Origin: an uncultured Bacilli bacterium
Lineage (GTDB): Bacteria > Bacillota_I > Bacilli_A > RF39 > UBA660
Reading direction: 5' to 3'
NCBI GenBank assembly: GCA_944329365.1
Contig: CALVIC010000002.1
Span: 5,062 to 69,061 of the forward strand
Length of the DNA stretch: 64,000 nt
The notes beneath the pieces are model-generated. The model saw only the letters and a program-made list of their open reading frames with translations, ran no database searches and was not told the origin of the DNA. Made by a program: the position numbers and the translations under genes. Below are positions 57,809 through 64,000 of the stretch, one piece after another. Position 1 is the first letter of the stretch. The number at the start of each line of letters is the position of its first letter.

Positions 57809-58676
57809 ACAATACTCCTCCGACATACACAATATAAATAATTGTTGCGATAATTAAAGTTTTATCATGTGTAAGTACGTCAACTGGATCACCAAGTGAA
57901 TCACTTTCAACAATTAAACTATATCTCATTACTATAAATACAACTATAATTATGCTATAAATAAGCAATTTACTAACATTATCAGATACTCCTAAAATAC
58001 ACCACAAAGAATAAAATACCAAAGTTAAAGCCAAAAAAACATACATAAATTTATCTAAAAATTCCTTACTATAGTATTTTAAAACTGGCCTACTATCTTT
58101 ACTTTTTATATATTCTCCCCTTCTCTTTCCAACAACCAAATAGAAAGACAAAGCTAATATAGTTAAATAAAGCCAATCAGAAACAGGTGTCTGTATCGCA
58201 TATCCACCAAAATAAACTCTAATTAAAAATCCGAAAGCAAGTATAAAAATATCCACTATTGGAATATGCTTTGCCCATTTACTATAAATTACGTTTAAAA
58301 TCAAATATAATAATAAGCATAATGTTGTTACAACAAACGCCTCAAAACTAAACAATAAATATTTATATAATAGAGTTTGGGTACCCAAACTCACTATCAA
58401 CATGATAGTGAATATTAAATATGCCTTTTTTATACTTATCTCTCCACTAGCAATAGGTCTATTCTTTTTAACCGGATGTTTTCTATCCTTTTCAACATCT
58501 TGTATATCATTAAAAACATACACAGCAGAAGCAATAAAAGAAAATGCTAAAAACTCTGTTAAAGTAATTAAAAATAATTTACCATTTAACAAGTTACCGC
58601 TAAAAACAAGTGGTAAAAAAATCAAAAAATTTTTAATATAATGTTTTATTCTAAGTAATCTTATATATTTCTTCAT
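57786..58676 (-). CDS. UbiA-superfamily polyprenyl-phosphate 5-phosphoribosyltransferase (Rv3806c/DPPR synthase-like)
   Basis: 296 aa, 8-9 TM. RIKHYIKNFLIFLPLVFSG, ASAVYVFNDIQDVEKDRKHPVKKNRPIASGE and LIRVYFGGYAIQTPVSDWLY...VVGKRRGEY align with M. tuberculosis Rv3806c ([30 protein letters not shown] ... GKRYAE), from memory. Confidence 0.75.
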   Translation of the reverse strand: MKKYIRLLRIKHYIKNFLIFLPLVFSGNLLNGKLFLITLTEFLAFSFIASAVYVFNDIQDVEKDRKHPVKKNRPIASGEISIKKAYLIFTIMLIVSLGTQTLLYKYLLFSFEAFVVTTLCLLLYLILNVIYSKWAKHIPIVDIFILAFGFLIRVYFGGYAIQTPVSDWLYLTILALSFYLVVGKRRGEYIKSKDSRPVLKYYSKEFLDKFMYVFLALTLVFYSLWCILGVSDNVSKLLIYSIIIVVFIVMRYSLIVESDSLGDPVDVLTHDKTLIIATIIYIVYVGGVLYAETLGL

Positions 58677-59812
58677 GAAACCACCTCATTAATTTTGTCA
58701 GTATAATAATTAATATACATTTTAATTTTTTTCAGCATTTTCATTTTTCCCAAAATTTTAAAAATAAATGCTCTTATTCTTTCTATTACAATACAAATGA
58801 TAAATATTAAAAACATCATTAAAAGCATATATAAAACATATTCTAAAGTATAATTAAAATAATTTGTATTTAAACGCAGAAATTCATAAACAAATTGTTT
58901 AACAAGTTTGTTTTCAGTTATTAAATAAACTCCTAAACAATATGGACTTATCATTAAAACAATCTTTGACAACAAATTATTTTTAATCTTTAAATTCCAA
59001 AAAATATAAAAATATGCTACAGTCTGTATTATTATAATAGGATTACTATAATTAAGACGATAAGAAACAAAATTATCACCGATTATATGTAAAAATGACC
59101 CATCAAATCGTTGCATTATAATTCCTAACTTATATAACGCTAAATTCAAAAAAGCACATAAAATAAATATAAAAATCGAAATAACAGTTCTCTTTTTTGA
59201 CGACATCTTTTTAATAAAACAATGGTCAAAAATACTATATTTTCCTAGATAAGCACCTATAAAATATAAAGTAATCATTTGAATTAATGAATGTCCATCA
59301 TTTAATATAATTGAATCGCCACTAAATAATGGTAAAACTGAAAAACAAATAAACAATAAGATAAGTAATACAAAATGCTGTTTTTTACCAATATTATTTA
59401 TTAAGGCGTTTAGAAATGGACATAAAGCATATAAAAGTACATATTTCATAATAAACCAATAATTGTCATTCATATCAATAGGCATTATATTCAAAGCTAA
59501 AATATCAGCTGCATATATGTAATGAAAACAAAATGCAAAAATTAAAACAAAAAATATTCGATAAAACCAAGAAACTCCAAGCAAATTCAGAATCTTATTA
59601 AATTTAAACTTCTTTTTATACTGAAAAAATCCCATTAAAATAACAAATGAATTAACATGTACAATTATTATGGCTAAAATAATGTCAAATAATCTTCCAT
59701 AATTATCAACAACATTATCAAATCCTCCATGAATTATAATATGCCACAAAACAATCATTAACATAGAAATAATTCTCATTAATTCAAAATTAACCATTAT
59801 TTTATTTTTCAT
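58673..59812 (-). CDS. acyltransferase family 3 (O-acyltransferase)
   Basis: 379 aa, 10-11 TM. N-terminal FELMRIISMLMIVLWHIIIHGG. 4-nt overlap with the UbiA gene. Confidence 0.7.
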   Translation of the reverse strand: MKNKIMVNFELMRIISMLMIVLWHIIIHGGFDNVVDNYGRLFDIILAIIIVHVNSFVILMGFFQYKKKFKFNKILNLLGVSWFYRIFFVLIFAFCFHYIYAADILALNIMPIDMNDNYWFIMKYVLLYALCPFLNALINNIGKKQHFVLLILLFICFSVLPLFSGDSIILNDGHSLIQMITLYFIGAYLGKYSIFDHCFIKKMSSKKRTVISIFIFILCAFLNLALYKLGIIMQRFDGSFLHIIGDNFVSYRLNYSNPIIIIQTVAYFYIFWNLKIKNNLLSKIVLMISPYCLGVYLITENKLVKQFVYEFLRLNTNYFNYTLEYVLYMLLMMFLIFIICIVIERIRAFIFKILGKMKMLKKIKMYINYYTDKINEVVS

Positions 59813-59824
59813 AAACTACATCAA

Positions 59825-60760
59825 CTACTTCTTGTCTTTTTCTGTTTCTGAAATTATATATATTGGGCGTCTTTTAACTTCTAAATACGCTTTTGACAAA
59901 TATTGTCCCATTATTCCAACGCAAAGAAGCTGAACACCACCAATAAAAAACATTATACATACCATACTTGGCCATCCACTAGTTGGATCACCAAACATTA
60001 TCGTTCTTACAATAATAAAGATTATAATAAGAAATGCTACAAAACAAAATAAAATTCCCATAACAGATGCGATAGACAAAGGTACTGTCGAAAAAGCTAC
60101 AATACTATCTAAAGAATATAAAAACAATTTCCAAAAAGACCATTTTGTTTCACCTGCAACTCTAGGAGTATTTTCATATTCAAGCCATTTTGTTCTATAA
60201 CCTACCCAAGAAAAAATTCCTTTTGAAAATCTATTATATTCTTTCAAAGATAAAACTGAATTAACCATTTGCCTTGTCATAAGTCTAAAATCCCTTGCGC
60301 CATCGACAATCTCAGTTTTAGATATTTTGTTAATAATTTTATAATAAAGCCTTGCAAAAAAGCTTCTTATAATAGGTTCTCCTTTTCTCGAAACTCTTCT
60401 TGTTGCCACACTATCATATTCTCCACTCTCTAAAATCTCATACATTTCATGAAGAAGAGCTGGCGGATCTTGTAAATCAGCATCCATAATTGCAACATAA
60501 TCACCAGTTGCCGCCTCAAGTCCTGCATACATTGCCGCTTCTTTTCCAAAGTTTCGTGAAAAAGAAATATATCTTACATCGTCTTTGCTAGAAAGCCTTC
60601 TGAGTATTTCTAATGTTTTATCACTTGAGCCATCGTTTACAAAAAGCATTTCAAAAGAAACACCTTTAAAATCACTTTTTATTTTTTGAATTTCATCATA
60701 AAACAAATTAACTGTTTCTTCCTCATTATAACATGGAACAACTAAAGATATTTTTTTCAT
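59825..60760 (-). CDS. GtrB/ArnC/CsbB-type GT2 polyprenyl-phosphate glycosyltransferase
   Basis: ISLVVPCYNEEETV, FVNDGSSDKT, AIMDADLQDPP and two C-terminal TM segments. This is the classic architecture of bactoprenol-P sugar synthases. Confidence 0.88.
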   Translation of the reverse strand: MKKISLVVPCYNEEETVNLFYDEIQKIKSDFKGVSFEMLFVNDGSSDKTLEILRRLSSKDDVRYISFSRNFGKEAAMYAGLEAATGDYVAIMDADLQDPPALLHEMYEILESGEYDSVATRRVSRKGEPIIRSFFARLYYKIINKISKTEIVDGARDFRLMTRQMVNSVLSLKEYNRFSKGIFSWVGYRTKWLEYENTPRVAGETKWSFWKLFLYSLDSIVAFSTVPLSIASVMGILFCFVAFLIIIFIIVRTIMFGDPTSGWPSMVCIMFFIGGVQLLCVGIMGQYLSKAYLEVKRRPIYIISETEKDKK

Positions 60761-61073
60761 TTATATCACCACCATCTTGTCCATGTAAATTATAGCATAT
60801 TTATAATAATAACAAAAGGCTTAATAATAAATATATATAGGAGAAATCTATATAGCCTGCATAAAGATACCAATAAAAAGCATTTCTAATATAAAATAAA
60901 GTACACATAAAACAAAATATTTAAAAATTTAATAAAATCTGAACAATTTTAAATACTAATTAAAATAATAAATGTCAAATCACAGTCAAACAAAAGCAAC
61001 AAAAAAAGAAAATTATTGTCAAAATATATGAAATAAATTGTATTTCCTGTATAATTATAATAGGGTGAGAAAT

Positions 61074-63068
61074 ATGGATAACAAAAAATATAAATCAAGA
61101 CAAGATAAAAGAAACTATGAAGAAAATTTAAAAGAAGAAAAAACAAAAACGGAAAAAGAAATGGCTAAAAACCGTGAAGAAATGAAAAAAATATTATTTA
61201 ATGATAACAGGTCAAATGAAAAAGAAAAAATAAAAAAACCAATATTTACTAACGTTTGGTTATCACTTACTTTAGTAGTCGCACTTGCATTCGCATTATA
61301 CCTAGCCTATCATTCACTAAATAGTGTTAACCAAATATATGAAATAACCAATGGTATATTAATCTTTTTAACAGTAATATTCTTCGTTATTTCATATAAC
61401 CAAACCTTAAAGAAAAACAAAACGTTTGGTGCTGTAATAACAGGAGCATTTTTTATGGGATTTATGGCATTTAACAGTCTTTATCTCTTAAATGTAATTG
61501 AGTTGCCAGTTCAAAGTAACATTCCAAACTTCACTGGTAAAGAATACACTGAAGCAATCTCATGGAGTGAAGACAATAATATAAAATATAATCAAACATT
61601 TGATTACAGTGATACCGTTGAAAAATATAGTGTTATAAGTCAAAGTGAAAAACCAGAAACACTAACTAAAAATATTAAAAAAGTAGATTTTAGTGTTTCT
61701 AATGGCCCTGATTATAATAAAAACGTTATAATTTCCGATATGACAGGATGGAATATAAAAGATGTTTTAAAAGTAATTGACGAAAATTTCTTAAACAACG
61801 TTAAAATAAATTATGAAGAAAATCCAGATGTTGGCAAAAACGTTGTTACATCTCAAAGTAAATCAGGAAACATTAAAAGAAACGATGAAATTGAATTTAC
61901 CGTTTCTCTAGGTGATAAAAGTAAATTAAAATCTATAAATCTTAAAGATTTAAAAAACGAAAAATTATTAAACGCTGAAGTTTATTTAGGCCAAAATGGA
62001 ATAACATATGAAATAAAATATGAGTTTTCAAATAAAATTAAAAAAGGAAATATTATTAGTACAAGTCCAAAACAAGGAACAAAATTAAATCCAGATGATC
62101 ACATCATTATAACAGTTTCCAAAGGAAAAGAAATAAAAGTTCCAAATCTTAGAAACAAAACAATGTTATACATTACAAAATGGATGATTGAAAACGATTT
62201 ACAAATAAACTACTCAGACAGATATGATAACGAAATAAAATCAGGAAGAGTTATCGAAGCAAATTATAAAGAAGGAGACATAATCGAAGAAGGAACAACC
62301 GTTGACATAACCTTTTCTAAAGGAAAATTAAAAATGCCAAAATTAACCACTATAGATGAATTTAAATCATGGGCTGATACAAATGGTGTTAAATACGAAA
62401 TAGTTGAAGAATTCAATAATGATATAGCTCAAGGAAATATAATCAAAACATCAGTTAACACAGGAAAAGCTATTAACTTAAACGAAACAATTACTGTTAC
62501 CGTTTCCAAAGGTCAAGCTATAAATGTTCCAAACTTTAATGGAAAAACAAGAAATGAAGCTCAAAAAGAATGTGACAATTTAGGATTAATATGTTCATTT
62601 GTTGAAGAAACATCAACTAAAAAAGAAGGAACAATTATTAATCAAAACATTTCATCTGGAACTGAGGTCGCTAAAGGCGAAAGTATAACACTTACCGTTG
62701 CTACAAGTAAAAAAGTAACTACAACATCAAACAAGAAAACATCTTCAAGTAGTTCAAACTCATATAGACCATCAAGTACAAATAGACCTTCTAATACACA
62801 ACAAAATCCAGGCGGTTCTAACCAACAATCTGGGAATACCGACACATGTGATAGAAGCAAAACCATAACTATTGTTAAACAATCATCACTAAATGGTGAT
62901 TCTGCAGCAGCTACATTAAAAAACTATCAAAATGCGTATCCAGGAATTAAATTTACATATACTGAAAAAGCATCGCAAAAAGGAAGTCCTGGCATGATAC
63001 ATCAAGATATGCCAAAATCTTTTACAGCAAATTATTGTGATACATATACACTAATAATTATTAAATAA
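61074..63068 (+). CDS. stand-alone PASTA-repeat membrane protein (charged cytoplasmic N-terminus, 3 TM, about 6 PASTA domains, S/T/N/Q-rich linker, about 90-aa C-terminal domain)
   Basis: Repeated modules of the form (V/M)P(N/K)(F/L)xGK...a...g(i/l).y......s......G.II.(T/Q)sp..G..v.....I.(I/L)tVSKG, for example VPNFNGKTRNEAQKECDNLGL...GESITLTVA. No kinase or transpeptidase domain. ATG61074 has a GGGTGAG Shine-Dalgarno. Confidence 0.8.
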   Translation: MDNKKYKSRQDKRNYEENLKEEKTKTEKEMAKNREEMKKILFNDNRSNEKEKIKKPIFTNVWLSLTLVVALAFALYLAYHSLNSVNQIYEITNGILIFLTVIFFVISYNQTLKKNKTFGAVITGAFFMGFMAFNSLYLLNVIELPVQSNIPNFTGKEYTEAISWSEDNNIKYNQTFDYSDTVEKYSVISQSEKPETLTKNIKKVDFSVSNGPDYNKNVIISDMTGWNIKDVLKVIDENFLNNVKINYEENPDVGKNVVTSQSKSGNIKRNDEIEFTVSLGDKSKLKSINLKDLKNEKLLNAEVYLGQNGITYEIKYEFSNKIKKGNIISTSPKQGTKLNPDDHIIITVSKGKEIKVPNLRNKTMLYITKWMIENDLQINYSDRYDNEIKSGRVIEANYKEGDIIEEGTTVDITFSKGKLKMPKLTTIDEFKSWADTNGVKYEIVEEFNNDIAQGNIIKTSVNTGKAINLNETITVTVSKGQAINVPNFNGKTRNEAQKECDNLGLICSFVEETSTKKEGTIINQNISSGTEVAKGESITLTVATSKKVTTTSNKKTSSSSSNSYRPSSTNRPSNTQQNPGGSNQQSGNTDTCDRSKTITIVKQSSLNGDSAAATLKNYQNAYPGIKFTYTEKASQKGSPGMIHQDMPKSFTANYCDTYTLIIIK

Positions 63069-63128
63069 ACTGAAATAGAATTAGATACACAAAAATATAA
63101 TAATTCTATGCAAATGAAAAAATTTCAC

Positions 63129-63160
63129 AAAAAGATAAGTACAAAACTTATCTTTTTATT
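63129..63160 (+). terminator. rho-independent terminator after the PASTA gene
   Basis: aaaaagataagt-acaaa-acttatcttttt (12-bp stem) followed by T-rich sequence. Confidence 0.7.
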
Positions 63161-63647
63161 TGCCTAAATAATAACATTAATTTATACATTTTCAAAGTAT
63201 TAAATTCTACAATCAAACATAATACTGTTTTGATAATATTAAGGATTTATTTCTATATGCATAAGCTATTTTAACAATATTTTTTACTTTTTTATATTTT
63301 AAATATCTCATATCCATTTAATATTCTACACTACTCACTCTTTGTACTGTAAGATTTCTTTTCTCTGTCATCTTATATAAAAATACCTTAATAAAATGCC
63401 CCATAGAGTAGACACTTAAATAAAAAAATTTTTATGATAAATTACACTTTCAAAAGGAGATGTTTTATCATTAAATTGCCTTGATGGCAAACCTCGAGGC
63501 ACAACGATGAAAAAAGTAACTTTTATTAATCTATATAGAGATAATTATAAGTTATAAAACATGTAGAAGATGTTCTATATATGATTAATTTATTAATTGA
63601 TAACAAATAAAAACAAACTTTATTTATAAAAGTATTATAATTATATA

Positions 63648-63698
63648 ATGAAAATCAAGGGCGAATGAAGCAAGTTCATCTAAACCCTTGATTTTCAT
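63648..63698. repeat. perfect 14-bp inverted repeat (atgaaaatcaaggg / cccttgattttcat) with 23-nt spacer
   Basis: Arms at 63648-63661 and 63685-63698. A 13/14 third copy (ctttgattttcat) lies at about 63847-63859. Confidence 0.6.
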
Positions 63699-63818
63699 TT
63701 TTAAAAATCTTTTTAATTAATGTTTCTAAAGCTGATTCACATCAATTAAGTCAGTCATTTTCTGATTTAAAATTTAATTTTTTAATTACATTTTCAAATG
63801 CTTCAAAGTAAAAATTAA

Positions 63819-63998
63819 CTAAGAAATCTTTAATTCCAATCTATATCTTTGATTTTCATTTAATAAGAATGAATATGTTTTAGAATCAAAATTTCCATTC
63901 ACATTATCAAAGCCATAAAAAGCTTGATCATTTAATTCACTTATGTCTGAAATATTAGATATTGTATTTATATATATAACATACCGACCTTTTGGTAA
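63819..63998 (-). CDS. 3' end (59 codons) of an unidentified gene entering from beyond the window
   Basis: The minus-strand frame is open from the window edge: LPKGRYVIYINTISNISDISELNDQAFYGFDNVNGNFDSKTYSFLLNENQRYRLELKIS*, with the TAG stop at 63819-63821. No family recognised. Confidence 0.3.
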   Translation of the reverse strand, partial: LPKGRYVIYINTISNISDISELNDQAFYGFDNVNGNFDSKTYSFLLNENQRYRLELKIS

Positions 63999-64000
63999 AT

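Noticed and set aside
60949-61146. 65-aa minus-strand ORF spanning the glycan-locus/PASTA intergenic region.
   Set aside because: The translation is an extreme Phe/Leu/Tyr/Ile low-complexity sequence. It overlaps the PASTA gene start and promoter and has no Shine-Dalgarno.
1-64000. CRISPR arrays, rRNA/tRNA genes, IS elements, transposases, prophage or conjugation modules.
   Set aside because: No regularly spaced direct repeats, GC-rich structured RNA islands or transposase, integrase, or phage-like ORFs were seen by eye. XerD is the only recombinase, and it has a chromosomal dimer-resolution context. Absence is by inspection only and has not been checked with covariance models.

Overview
This is a low-GC (roughly 30% by eye), standard-code bacterial chromosome segment. 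Its gene content fits a spore-forming Bacillota; an Erysipelotrichales/Clostridia-like gut organism is only a guess. All family calls come from motif reading and memory, since no searches could be run.

Layout:
- 1-32 kb is mostly core genes: ABC-F ATPase, def, trpS, a FtsW/RodA-family gene, comEA-comEC, dnaG-sigA-trmK, a PilC-like gene plus prepilin peptidase, two NodB deacetylases, an OmpR/histidine-kinase pair, holA, rarA, xerD, an AlkD-like gene and zupT.
- 22.1-25.4 kb holds three tandem, diverged paralogues of an uncharacterised membrane-anchored HExxH protein, plus a small protein ending in LAA.
- 32.4-34.6 kb is a small accessory patch: a DUF2726-like nuclease-fold protein, an XRE regulator with operator-like repeats over its own consensus promoter, and a decayed acyltransferase.
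- 34.6-40.4 kb carries an LtaS/OpgB-like transferase, mnmA, spoIIM, an SGNH hydrolase and spoIVB.
- 40.4-60.8 kb is a 20-kb cell-surface glycan locus, entirely on the minus strand. It encodes Wzx, a Wzy-like/GT4 fusion, several GT2/GT4 enzymes, a Cps14F/G-like pair, an HtrL-like protein, two intact AT3 acyltransferases and three GT-C-like polytopic proteins.
- 61.1-63.1 kb encodes a stand-alone six-PASTA membrane protein. The last 0.9 kb is gene-poor and looks degenerate.

The most unusual element is a terminator-delimited 4-gene operon at 54.6-60.8 kb. It combines a mycobacterial Rv3806c-type polyprenyl-phosphate phosphoribosyltransferase, a GtrB-type GT2, an acyltransferase, and a 1070-aa fusion protein whose HAD-like domain has lost its catalytic aspartates.

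I recognised no rRNA, tRNA, CRISPR array or transposase.
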